DNA of 64,000 nucleotides. Origin: a virus. The notes below the pieces were generated by a model. The model was not told the origin of the DNA and made no database searches. It saw only the letters and a list, made by a program, of their open reading frames with translations. How positions within the stretch are numbered: the first letter of the stretch is position 1; each line of letters begins with the position of its first letter. The stretch is taken from the IMG/VR virus record IMGVR_UViG_3300032753_000003, positions 32,001 to 96,000 of that record. One strand, given 5' to 3'. The position numbers and the translations under genes are program-made. Shown one piece after another: positions 45,801-55,316 of this stretch.

Positions 45801-46088
45801 ATGAAGATCACCAACAAGTGGATCACAGTATTCAAAGAAGTTGCAGAAGATTGGTATGGAAATTATCGCATAGCAGATGACGTTAGATATACAGGAAAAT
45901 ATGTCAGCGTTGGTATAACCAAACTGTCCAACGGAATGTATCGTGTTGCAGTATGGGGCAATGACGATTTTGGAATGGAATATGATACCAAGACCAAAAA
46001 CCGAGCTGTGCTGATATTTCAGCGTTGTGTGATGGAAGATCTCTTAACCAAACAATGGTTATTGGACAACGGATTTGCGAATTGTTAA
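45801..46088 (+). CDS. Hypothetical protein
   Basis: GGAG RBS; VAVWGNDDFGME. Confidence 0.7.
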   Translation: MKITNKWITVFKEVAEDWYGNYRIADDVRYTGKYVSVGITKLSNGMYRVAVWGNDDFGMEYDTKTKNRAVLIFQRCVMEDLLTKQWLLDNGFANC

Positions 46089-46150
46089 TCTTTTGATCAT
46101 ACCTACCTTCTCCTCTGATAACTAATGTTGTGTATTAGAGGAGAGTTACT

Positions 46151-46348
46151 ATGACTTATCTAGAACAGTTTATAGGACAATATTGGCCAGGTCAGGTTCA
46201 GGATGCTATAAATCAGTGGGCCGCCCAAAATGGATATGACACTAACATTATACCCGATGGTGTAGACAACATTGATGTTGAACCTCGCAGGTTGAACGTA
46301 TGGTTGGACGGTAACACCAGTACTGTCATCCGTTTCACAGTAGGGTGA
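46151..46348 (+). CDS. Small protein resembling I78/potato-inhibitor-I serine protease inhibitors
   Basis: D..PRRLNVWLD....V.....G C-terminal pattern; GAGGAG RBS. Confidence 0.5.
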   Translation: MTYLEQFIGQYWPGQVQDAINQWAAQNGYDTNIIPDGVDNIDVEPRRLNVWLDGNTSTVIRFTVG

Positions 46349-46381
46349 TGATCAGTAGATCATTAACACTCTACTAAATAA

Positions 46382-46837
46382 ATGATGACAGACAAAGACA
46401 GATTCCTCTATTGGGTTATCACGATGTGCTGCTTGGTACTTGCAGCATTACTCGCTCAGAATTTCAATCTTTGGGAAACAATGAATTCCAAAGATGCTAC
46501 AAAGATAAGCTGGCTGATATGTACTATAACAGCTGGCACTAGTTTAGCTATAGGTTGGTGCTCATTGCAACCAACAATTAGCCAAAACATCATGAACAAA
46601 TTTTGGTTTATAGCTGATGCTATGTTTACTTTGGGAATGATAGGATCGGTATCAGGATTCTTGCTGATGACTGGCGACGGATTAACCAGTATTAACACAT
46701 CCGATCCTTCTAGCATACAGAAGACTCTCAATCTCATTGTGACGGGTGTTGGTACCACAATGGTCACAACACTACTGGGCTTGATTAGTAGCTTACTGTT
46801 GAGATTGCAGTTGGAAATCATATACCATGAGGAATAA
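46382..46837 (+). CDS. MotA/TolQ/ExbB-like proton-channel subunit
   Basis: Multiple TM helices; LGMIGSVSG and GVGTTMVTTLLGL channel helices. Confidence 0.75.
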   Translation: MMTDKDRFLYWVITMCCLVLAALLAQNFNLWETMNSKDATKISWLICTITAGTSLAIGWCSLQPTISQNIMNKFWFIADAMFTLGMIGSVSGFLLMTGDGLTSINTSDPSSIQKTLNLIVTGVGTTMVTTLLGLISSLLLRLQLEIIYHEE

Positions 46838-47495
46838 ATTTCGACATGGTAGCTTACTTGGCTATGTTGACATATGCGTAAACATGCTGATGTTTTTTAC
46901 AGCCATGTTTATGTTAGCTATGGTACTGATCAAAGTACAGGAAAGTACCAATGACAAATCTGGACTAACTCCAAAAGGCAAACTCATAATACATCTAAGT
47001 TGGGATCCCAAGAGCAATACTGACTTAGACTTGTGGGCTAGAACTGACAATCCAGTTAGCATTGTGAGTTTTAGACAAACTGATAGCAGCAACATGTGGT
47101 TGGATCATGATAGCCGCGGTGCAGCAAGTAACAAGGTCAAGATGGCTGATGGTACCTATAAGACTACCTTTGGTAACGATGAGATAATACAATTTAAGGA
47201 ATGCACTAAAACTAGGGTAACTGTTAATGTGCATGCATATCATCTAGATCTAGGTCTACCTGTTGCTGCAACAGTTGATATAATCTTGCCACCTAGCTAC
47301 AAGACAATACACACAGCGCAACTTGACATTAAAGTAAACGGTCAAGAATCCACCGCATTTAGCTTTGATCTTGATGAAGATTGCAATGTTTCTAACTTTG
47401 ATGATACATTAATACCGTTTGTCTATAGCGTTATTACGCCTAATTCATCAACATTGCCTGGCTCCCCACCTTACGAACAACACGGAGAACAATAA
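46827..47495 (+). CDS. ExbD/TolR/MotB-like subunit with YfaP-like periplasmic domain
   Basis: Single TM with conserved Asp (YVDICVNMLMFF); LSWDPKSNTDLDLW and LDHDSRG. Confidence 0.65.
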   Translation: MRNKFRHGSLLGYVDICVNMLMFFTAMFMLAMVLIKVQESTNDKSGLTPKGKLIIHLSWDPKSNTDLDLWARTDNPVSIVSFRQTDSSNMWLDHDSRGAASNKVKMADGTYKTTFGNDEIIQFKECTKTRVTVNVHAYHLDLGLPVAATVDIILPPSYKTIHTAQLDIKVNGQESTAFSFDLDEDCNVSNFDDTLIPFVYSVITPNSSTLPGSPPYEQHGEQ

Positions 47496-48028
47496 TGCTT
47501 TGGCTATTATCCTTACATGAAGTGCAGTTCCTGTTGGCAATTTGGTTAATTCAGTTGATGTATGCCGCTGTTGTAACTGTAGGATGCAAATGGAATTGGA
47601 AATCCAAAGCTATAGCTATACCTATTTTATTTGCCGCTTGCTATCAAACCATAATGGTAAGTAACAGTCTATTGGGAACTCCCAAATTTACCAACGATGA
47701 AATTACTGGAACGCTAGCTGGATATGCTGAATTTAAAAATGGGGATCAAAAGGAATTAGCAGTTCTGCTAATTACCAAAACTGGTCCTATCATGTTTGCA
47801 GTACCGTATGATCCAAAGTCTGAGACAGACCTAAGGCAAGCTATGAATCAATTAGCTACCACAGGAAAACCCACGTTGGTTAGAAAGAAATCCAATAATC
47901 AGCTGCAGAATGCAAAACAAACTAATAAGAACGGCAAAGAAGGTCAAGGCAATCAAGTTTCTGGGAATTTAGAATTGTATGATTTCACAGACCAATTGCT
48001 AGTTCCTAAAGGCCAGAAGGATCAATAA
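47495..48028 (+). CDS. Membrane protein, third gene of the ExbBD-like cassette
   Basis: Two N-terminal TM helices; coupled start/stop at 47495. Confidence 0.7.
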   Translation: MLWLLSLHEVQFLLAIWLIQLMYAAVVTVGCKWNWKSKAIAIPILFAACYQTIMVSNSLLGTPKFTNDEITGTLAGYAEFKNGDQKELAVLLITKTGPIMFAVPYDPKSETDLRQAMNQLATTGKPTLVRKKSNNQLQNAKQTNKNGKEGQGNQVSGNLELYDFTDQLLVPKGQKDQ

Positions 48029-49061
48029 CCTTAAATGTAAACACCTTGTGTTCGCCATCGCGCAATACACTGAGTTCTACGGTATCGCCTGGTTTGGTTA
48101 ATTGCGTCTCGTAAATTAACTCTTCTGGTAATTTTACATCTACCCACTGTCGATTTGATGCAGGAGTTCTTATTGCAATTATTTCATCATTTGGTAGTAA
48201 CCCTGCAGCCACAGCCGGGCTATTTTTAGATACAGCTGAAACAGCAATATGATGCTGATCTTTACTGGGACCTAATAGCAACCCTATCTTACCAACTTTG
48301 ATCTTGCCGCCATCTAATAGGTCATTTACTACCTTCTTGGCATAATCGCTTGGTATAATAAGGCCAAAATATCCTTCTCTACCAAAAATAGCTGTGTTAA
48401 TACCTATCACATTTCCTCTGCTATCAAATAGAGGTCCTCCACTGTTGCCCGGATATATCGGAGTTGTGGTCTGCATATAATATTCAGGACTGTCATCATC
48501 ATGTCTAAGCTTATTGCTAATGATGCCCTGTGCTACAGTCCAAGATAGTCCATACGGGTGTCCTATGCTCCATACTATGTCGCCAACATTCAACGCTCTA
48601 CTACTACCCCACGACAATATAGTTGGATGCTCAACTGCCACAAAGTCATCCCATTCATCAATCTTTATTACAGCAATGTCTGCGTTTGCATCAGTTGCTA
48701 TAACAGTCGCGTTATAGGGTTTCATATCATCATAACCAATTACCTTTATCTTGCGGTCTTTACCTGCAATAACATGATTGTTGGTAACGATTATGTTCGG
48801 AGCTATTATAAATCCAGTACCCAAACTGGAATGATGGTCGGGATCATTATCTTTATCATTATTATGATCTTTATCGGCATCTGGTTTTATGGGTTCTTCT
48901 TTTTTAGGCGTGGGAACCGCTGGTAATTTATCATCAGTATTTGGTGGAAGATTACTCACCAAAACTACACTTGAAAGCCGTTGATTGCTCATGGTGCTTA
49001 TCGTGTCAGAGCATGAAACTAGAGACAAGCAAGCTAGCATCATTGTGATAAATTTAATCAT
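48006..49061 (-). CDS. htrA: HtrA/DegP-like serine protease lipoprotein (trypsin + PDZ)
   Basis: Lipobox LVSC; TNNHV, DIAVIK, GNSGGPL triad; C-terminal PDZ; TATAAATA 49066-49073. Confidence 0.92.
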   Translation of the reverse strand: MIKFITMMLACLSLVSCSDTISTMSNQRLSSVVLVSNLPPNTDDKLPAVPTPKKEEPIKPDADKDHNNDKDNDPDHHSSLGTGFIIAPNIIVTNNHVIAGKDRKIKVIGYDDMKPYNATVIATDANADIAVIKIDEWDDFVAVEHPTILSWGSSRALNVGDIVWSIGHPYGLSWTVAQGIISNKLRHDDDSPEYYMQTTTPIYPGNSGGPLFDSRGNVIGINTAIFGREGYFGLIIPSDYAKKVVNDLLDGGKIKVGKIGLLLGPSKDQHHIAVSAVSKNSPAVAAGLLPNDEIIAIRTPASNRQWVDVKLPEELIYETQLTKPGDTVELSVLRDGEHKVFTFKVIDPSGL

Positions 49062-49089
49062 ACTTTATTTATAATAGTAGATATCTATT

Positions 49090-49119
49090 GGTTGACTTAA
49101 ATCTGTGCGATGTTATTAT
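49090..49119 (+). promoter_or_regulatory. Sigma70-type promoter, 16-nt spacer
   Basis: GGTTGACT-taaatctgtg-CGATGT-TATTAT. Confidence 0.6.
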
Positions 49120-49153
49120 GGCTAATCATAAACGCACTGAGATAGGATGTGAT

Positions 49154-49816
49154 ATGAAATATGGAGCATTTCGCCGGCGTATTAGGCACAATACTGCAGT
49201 GTTGAAGAAGGCACTTGATCAGCGAGAAAAGTTGATCACCATCCTACCCAACCTATATACAATGACAACTGGTCCGGGAGAGTTGCACAGTTCGGTAATG
49301 ATCCGTAATGCTCATGATATATTGCCTTCTGCGTTTATTGGCGCACTAGCCAGCATCAATGCTAACGGTACTGATGCCTATCAGATCACACCCAATGACG
49401 AAGAAATTCAAATTGAACTTAAGACCAGTGAGATTGATAGCAGAAAGGTTTGGAAAGGTGTAAGAGGCGGACTGTATACCGGAAAATGCAACTCGAAAGC
49501 CAGCAAAGTTGCAGTTACCAGTCATCTTAATGCATCATATCAGTTTGATTCAGAAGCTATTAAAAATGAAAAGAGAGTCAAAACTGTACTCATAGTCTGC
49601 GATACTGCTAGTGAAATTGATACCTATTTTGATGCATGGGAAATTGACGGCAATATTCTAGTTGACGAATATCTACACAACAAGACCACTGCTGCAATTA
49701 AATTGGGTAGCTTTATGCTACACGGCAAGCGAGCCAAAACAGTAGTAGATCTAGAAGGCATTGACACATGGAAGAAGCGCGTTGGTGCCAATGCCCCTAT
49801 CAAGTATCCAGTCTAA
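49154..49816 (+). CDS. Putative PD-(D/E)XK restriction-endonuclease-like protein
   Basis: GTDAY...IQIELKTS pattern; upstream ATGs overlap the promoter. Confidence 0.5.
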   Translation: MKYGAFRRRIRHNTAVLKKALDQREKLITILPNLYTMTTGPGELHSSVMIRNAHDILPSAFIGALASINANGTDAYQITPNDEEIQIELKTSEIDSRKVWKGVRGGLYTGKCNSKASKVAVTSHLNASYQFDSEAIKNEKRVKTVLIVCDTASEIDTYFDAWEIDGNILVDEYLHNKTTAAIKLGSFMLHGKRAKTVVDLEGIDTWKKRVGANAPIKYPV

Positions 49817-49821
49817 TTAAA

Positions 49822-50631
49822 TCAACGACGAGGAAGTGACCTGCTTGGGCGCCTAACTGGCTCCTGAGCGGGAGCTTTATTACCTATCTGAGGTGTAGCA
49901 CCTATGCTATCGGCTTCAGGCCAACAATATATGTAATCCCCAAACTGATCTTTAACGATCTTGAATCTAATACCGCCAACCACATAGTGTTTGACGTCTG
50001 CCCTGTATCCGGGTATAGTTGCTCCAAAATCTATGCTGGCTGTGTCAACCGGACGACCGTGCTCAACTACCCAATTTGCAACTGATCGAACTTCGCGGGT
50101 GGTGTTAGGACCCTGTCCGCCAACATTGCCTATCATCACAATATCCTCAGTAGGTGTACGAGTAAATGCGCGGAACAATGCCTTACCTAGTGTAAGTATA
50201 GCTCTTGACATGTTACCAGGTAAGTTGGCCACGGTATGCCAAGTTGGATTTACAGCATGTGGATCAGTCATAGCTATCTCTCTGCTGATTACTGCTGGTA
50301 AATGTTCCGGTGTAATGCGTTGTGTAGAAGGTAGGTTATCAGTCGGTTCATCTACACCCGTATCATCTACAGGCACATTGATTCTGCTCATCATGTCTCT
50401 CATTGCATCAGTAGGTGACATCTTTGCAGTTGCCTTTGCTGTATCTGCAGCACTGCCTATCTTCATATGAGGTACTTCTGCAGCACCTGCAGATGGTTTC
50501 AGTGAGCTGCTCTTAGTATCAGTGCTCAACTCTCCGCCAGCGGGCTCATCAAAGATGTTATCCCAATCGATACCAGTCTTGTCTTTGACATCGGTTGGTT
50601 TTTCAGCTTCATTTTGTATATCGTTTGCCAT
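49822..50631 (-). CDS. Hypothetical protein with disordered N-half, late-promoter driven
   Basis: ATAAATA 50663-50669; PxWHxVxNLPG motif. Confidence 0.7.
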   Translation of the reverse strand: MANDIQNEAEKPTDVKDKTGIDWDNIFDEPAGGELSTDTKSSSLKPSAGAAEVPHMKIGSAADTAKATAKMSPTDAMRDMMSRINVPVDDTGVDEPTDNLPSTQRITPEHLPAVISREIAMTDPHAVNPTWHTVANLPGNMSRAILTLGKALFRAFTRTPTEDIVMIGNVGGQGPNTTREVRSVANWVVEHGRPVDTASIDFGATIPGYRADVKHYVVGGIRFKIVKDQFGDYIYCWPEADSIGATPQIGNKAPAQEPVRRPSRSLPRR

Positions 50632-50748
50632 TTTGATCTCCGCGGCGAATGTCTCGTTAGATTATTTATCTATTCATTGCTGTAAAATAATTGCAAATAT
50701 ATCGGCTAAAAGTTTATAATTAAACTATTATAGTCTATAAGGTTTATC

Positions 50749-51705
50749 ATGATTGATCATCAATACATTCGCTTAGAACATTCTAATCCAGATAGCAAAA
50801 ATTGGTTTGTAGTTAACTGGTGTCTCGGTAACACTTGTAATTTCTCTTGTAGTTATTGCCCGTCTGGATTACACGATGGTTCAACCAAATGGCCCGAACC
50901 AGACACCATAAAGAATTTTATAGATAAGGTAAAACTAACACACAACGACAAGAACATTTATTTTGAGTTTACAGGAGGCGAAGTAACTGTTTACAAGCAT
51001 TTTATCGACATATGCAAATATTGTACTGAACTTGGCATTAAGGTTGGTATGATATCAAATGGCTCTAGAACTCTGCGTTATTGGGAACAAAACAAACATT
51101 TCTTTGATCATGTTTGCCTCAGTTTTCATCCTGAGTTTACTGACAAAGATCATTTTGTAGAAGTAGTTAAGATATTACACAACGAGTTGCGAGTACATGT
51201 TAACATCATGATGAGTCCATCTAAGTTTGATTATTGTTATGATGTAGCAAACACTGTAAAAGATTTAGGTAATATCAGCATGGCATTACAACCTCTAATA
51301 CATGACTTTGGAGATAAACTCTTTGACTATACACCAGAGCAGAAAGATATATTAACAAACCAATATAAATTAATAATCAGACATATTAAGTTTACTAAAA
51401 GTTTTCAATTCTACCGCGGCGCAATGAAAAAAGTAAATTCAGATGGAACCTCAGAGGTTCAACCCGCACATAAATTCATATCAACTAATACAAACGATTG
51501 GTCTGGATGGAATTGTTATGCCGGAGTTGAACAGTTAATAGTAGATATGGACGGTAGTGTACATCGAGGTTGGTGCAAAGTAGGGAAACCAATAGGTCGC
51601 ATAACAGATAATGATCTCCAGCTACCAACGAATCCAATACTTTGCGACAAGACCATGTGTCATTGTAACTATGATATCATGAGTACCAAGGAAAAAATTA
51701 TATGA
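50749..51705 (+). CDS. Radical SAM protein with C-terminal twitch/SPASM-like domain
   Basis: CNFSCSYC, FTGGEVT, ISNG; CYAG...RGWC...CDKTMCHC; paralog of 30757. Confidence 0.92.
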   Translation: MIDHQYIRLEHSNPDSKNWFVVNWCLGNTCNFSCSYCPSGLHDGSTKWPEPDTIKNFIDKVKLTHNDKNIYFEFTGGEVTVYKHFIDICKYCTELGIKVGMISNGSRTLRYWEQNKHFFDHVCLSFHPEFTDKDHFVEVVKILHNELRVHVNIMMSPSKFDYCYDVANTVKDLGNISMALQPLIHDFGDKLFDYTPEQKDILTNQYKLIIRHIKFTKSFQFYRGAMKKVNSDGTSEVQPAHKFISTNTNDWSGWNCYAGVEQLIVDMDGSVHRGWCKVGKPIGRITDNDLQLPTNPILCDKTMCHCNYDIMSTKEKII

Positions 51706-52970
51706 GACAATTAATTTCGCTAGATGAGTCTAATACCAATAAACAAGTTAGGCATTACGACAAAGACGGATATTACATAAGACTAAGTGTAGATGAAACC
51801 ATAGCAAATAATCTCAACGAATGGCAAGGATGGCATTGCAGTGCCGGTATAAGTGGTTTATACATAGATTATGATGGTAATGTATGGACATGCAATACCG
51901 CTGGATCAAAACTTGATAGGTTTAATAGTACTGAATGGGAAAAAACTTTTAAACCATATATTGACCCATTTGGTCCAAATATACCGCTCGAATGGCAAGG
52001 CGATGGCAAAAAATGGTTAAATCTTCTCAAAAAGTTTAACGCACGTGATATTGCATTTGCAAAATTAGTACCTGCAACAAAAGAAAATAAAGAAAAGTAT
52101 CCTGGGTTTTTAGGAAATATCAAAGAAGGTTTTGAATTACCAACTACTTGGTTTAAATGCCCTTGGCAAGCATGCGGGTGCGGCGCAGATGTATTTCTAG
52201 CTAAATCAAAATCAAAACCAACCCAAGATAATTTACCTGTATTTTTTAAAGGGGATCTGGGGCAAGCTGAAACTAAAAATAAATTAGTAAAAGATATTCC
52301 AAAAGAGGACATCATAGGAATTGAAATAAATTTTCATAAACCCTATCAAATATTGTGGGATTTAGGTAGGCGATGCAATTATGACTGTTCTTATTGTTGG
52401 TCGGGCGTACACAATCGAGACGGTGCTCATTTAACCCTAGACGAAATGGTTAATACAGCAGATAAGATAATTGCCAAATGGTCAAAAGGAGAATCAATAA
52501 GGTGGAACTTTGGCGGCGGCGAACCTACACTAAATCCAAACTTCTTAGATTTTTTGAAATACCTAAAATCTAAAAACCAATGGGTATTGGTAACCACCAA
52601 CGGCAGCAGACCCAATACATATTGGAGCAAGGCTGTTGAATATGTCAACAGCATAAATCTCAGTGTTCATTTTGAATTTGCTGATGAAAATAAAATGTTG
52701 CTCAATATAAAAGCAATATGCGAACATTTCGATCAGCATGATGACGATCATTGGCTAGAAATAAAATTAATGGCGCCGCCTGCATATGTTGAACAAGCAG
52801 TTAATTTTAAAAAGACAATATTATCAAAAACTGATATATTAAATACCGGAGCTAATGGTCGTTTAAAAGGTACTGTTAGTATTGTTCCTATCAGAGGCAT
52901 TGACGATAGTAGTCATATTATTGACTACAACAACACACAACTCGAACTATTGAAGAGTCAAGATACATGA
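51702..52970 (+). CDS. Radical SAM protein with N-terminal twitch-like domain (permuted order)
   Basis: WHCSAG...WTC...CPWQACGC first, then CNYDCSYC, FGGGEPT, TTNG. Confidence 0.9.
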   Translation: MRQLISLDESNTNKQVRHYDKDGYYIRLSVDETIANNLNEWQGWHCSAGISGLYIDYDGNVWTCNTAGSKLDRFNSTEWEKTFKPYIDPFGPNIPLEWQGDGKKWLNLLKKFNARDIAFAKLVPATKENKEKYPGFLGNIKEGFELPTTWFKCPWQACGCGADVFLAKSKSKPTQDNLPVFFKGDLGQAETKNKLVKDIPKEDIIGIEINFHKPYQILWDLGRRCNYDCSYCWSGVHNRDGAHLTLDEMVNTADKIIAKWSKGESIRWNFGGGEPTLNPNFLDFLKYLKSKNQWVLVTTNGSRPNTYWSKAVEYVNSINLSVHFEFADENKMLLNIKAICEHFDQHDDDHWLEIKLMAPPAYVEQAVNFKKTILSKTDILNTGANGRLKGTVSIVPIRGIDDSSHIIDYNNTQLELLKSQDT

Positions 52971-55291
52971 ACCAATCAGAATTAGATAAAATCTATTTAG
53001 AAAAATTAAAATCTTGTGAAAATTATATTGAGCGAATATCGTTACTCAACAACAGCGATTGTCCTCTATGGTTGATTGAATTATATTGCACTGCTGACAT
53101 AGAGTTTGATGTTGCAAAAGCCGCAGCGCTGGATCCAAGAGCCTTACATTCCTGGGTTATGGTTGCAATCAACAGATTTCCAAACCTCAATAACGACAAC
53201 TTTTGGAAAACTAAAAAAAATCGTTTAGAAGTATATAATCGACTTCTCGAAATAAAACAGCTTGAAGACGAAGCAGGCCCAAACATGTCTGGTGATCGAG
53301 ATCAGATTATCATGGAACATATAAAGAAAGTAGATGATATTAAAAAGACCATTGGACATGCAGAAGCGCATCTTGGTACTTTCGAATTAAAAAATGATTT
53401 AACATTAGTAAATTCAGATATACCTTGGGCCGAAACTGATAAATTTAGAATAGCTTTGGTAATGGCACCTGCATGGGGTATTTTATTTCCCCCGTATAAC
53501 ATAGCAAAATTAACTGGGCTTTTGAGAAATGATGGTTACAGTGTTAAAGTATATGACCTCAATATAGAATCATATTATCATTTGTTAAAGCAAACCAATC
53601 AAGATTTTTGGAGATCTGAAAAATATTTTCTTTGGGTAAATGAACAAAATTTTGAAAAATATATTTTACCTTATTTAGAGTCACTTTTTTTTGAAACTAT
53701 AAAAAACATTGTCAGTTCAAACCCAAAAGTCATTGGATTTAGTGTATACAATACCAATTTATATGCAACATGGTATTTGATTAAAGAAATTAGACTAGCA
53801 TTGCCCGATGTATGTATAATAGTAGGTGGTCCTGAAATCGCTACAATGCCGGGGTCAATGGCGCGTTCATTGGTTAATTATATATTTGTGGGCGAAGCTG
53901 AAGAAAATCTATTAAATGTATTAAAAGAAATAGCTGATCAAACAACTTATCCGATAGATAAAACTATTGGGTCTACTGCAAGCCGACTCAATTTAGATCA
54001 GTTTCCCTATCCCGACTATACTGATTATAATTTAAATAATTATTTGCATCAGGACGGCGTTAGCATAGAAACGTCTCGAGGATGTGTTGCACAATGCAGT
54101 TTTTGCGCAGAAACATATTTTTGGAAATTTCGCAGTATGTCACCCGAAAGAGTAGTTGATGAGATAGAATATCAACTAAACAAACACGGTATAAAAAGAT
54201 TTTGGTTTGTTGATAGTTTGGTTAATGGAAATCTTAAAAATTTCTCAAAGGTAGTAGATTTGATAATAGAAAGAAATTTAAAGATTGACTGGAATAGCTA
54301 TGCTCGATGTGATGGTAGAATGACTGCAGATTTCTTAAAACGTGTAAATCAAAGCGGATGTACTTGTTTAAGTTTTGGTGTAGAGTCTGGCAGTCAAAAA
54401 GTACTAAATGATATGCGTAAAAAAATAGAAATTTGGGAAATAGAAAACAATCTTAGAGACGGACACAACGCTGGCATGTTTAATCATGTCAATTGGATTG
54501 TGGGATTTCCCACAGAAGAACCAATTGATTGGTTACATAGTCTGCAATTGCTCTATAATTGCAAGGATTGGATAAGCTCAATAAGTCCCGGCTTCACCGC
54601 TGGACCTGCCGAATCTAGTCATACACATACACATTGGCAACTGTATGATATACAATGGAAAGAAAAACCCTGGGACAATAAATTTTTAGACTCTTGGTAT
54701 ACTGGTGATTATAACAATACAAAATTACATAGATTTATAAGACTTAAATTAACACATGTCTGGTTAGAACTAATTGAAAACCATACTTCGGGTATCATTG
54801 TAGATGGCCAAAAAGATGAAAGAATTAAAGACTTTTTTACATTTTCAGTTTCAAAACCTACGTCGGTCGTTTACATACCATGTGAAAATTTTGTCAAGTT
54901 AGATAGGGTATCTAATGATACTTTTAGCAAGAAGATTATGAATGAGTATTTTGCATTCCTTTACGCATTATACATATACTTTGGTGAATGTGAGTTTGAA
55001 TTTACTTGCGATAAAAATAGAGATTTAACTGTGTTTGGTAATTATCTAGCATCAGTATATAACTGTAACCTAAAATTCAAAATTGATTCAAACGGAAATT
55101 ATAAAATTAATATCAAACACAACCTAATACATGACACAGACGATGATAGACTCAAACAAATATATGCTATCGAAAGAGAAAGAAAAGATATGAGTTTTAA
55201 TGATTCATATTTTCATGTAGGTAATATTAACGATTGGAAAACAACTATAAATCAAACTAAAGAAACTATACACGCTGCATATAGAAAATAA
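52967..55291 (+). CDS. Cobalamin-binding (class B) radical SAM protein
   Basis: PPYNIAKL...IGFSVY...IVGGP B12 domain; TSRGCVAQCSFC; FGVESGS; IVGFPTE. Confidence 0.92.
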   Translation: MNQSELDKIYLEKLKSCENYIERISLLNNSDCPLWLIELYCTADIEFDVAKAAALDPRALHSWVMVAINRFPNLNNDNFWKTKKNRLEVYNRLLEIKQLEDEAGPNMSGDRDQIIMEHIKKVDDIKKTIGHAEAHLGTFELKNDLTLVNSDIPWAETDKFRIALVMAPAWGILFPPYNIAKLTGLLRNDGYSVKVYDLNIESYYHLLKQTNQDFWRSEKYFLWVNEQNFEKYILPYLESLFFETIKNIVSSNPKVIGFSVYNTNLYATWYLIKEIRLALPDVCIIVGGPEIATMPGSMARSLVNYIFVGEAEENLLNVLKEIADQTTYPIDKTIGSTASRLNLDQFPYPDYTDYNLNNYLHQDGVSIETSRGCVAQCSFCAETYFWKFRSMSPERVVDEIEYQLNKHGIKRFWFVDSLVNGNLKNFSKVVDLIIERNLKIDWNSYARCDGRMTADFLKRVNQSGCTCLSFGVESGSQKVLNDMRKKIEIWEIENNLRDGHNAGMFNHVNWIVGFPTEEPIDWLHSLQLLYNCKDWISSISPGFTAGPAESSHTHTHWQLYDIQWKEKPWDNKFLDSWYTGDYNNTKLHRFIRLKLTHVWLELIENHTSGIIVDGQKDERIKDFFTFSVSKPTSVVYIPCENFVKLDRVSNDTFSKKIMNEYFAFLYALYIYFGECEFEFTCDKNRDLTVFGNYLASVYNCNLKFKIDSNGNYKINIKHNLIHDTDDDRLKQIYAIERERKDMSFNDSYFHVGNINDWKTTINQTKETIHAAYRK

Positions 55292-55316
55292 ATCAAACAA
55301 CAGGTTGAGATAATAT

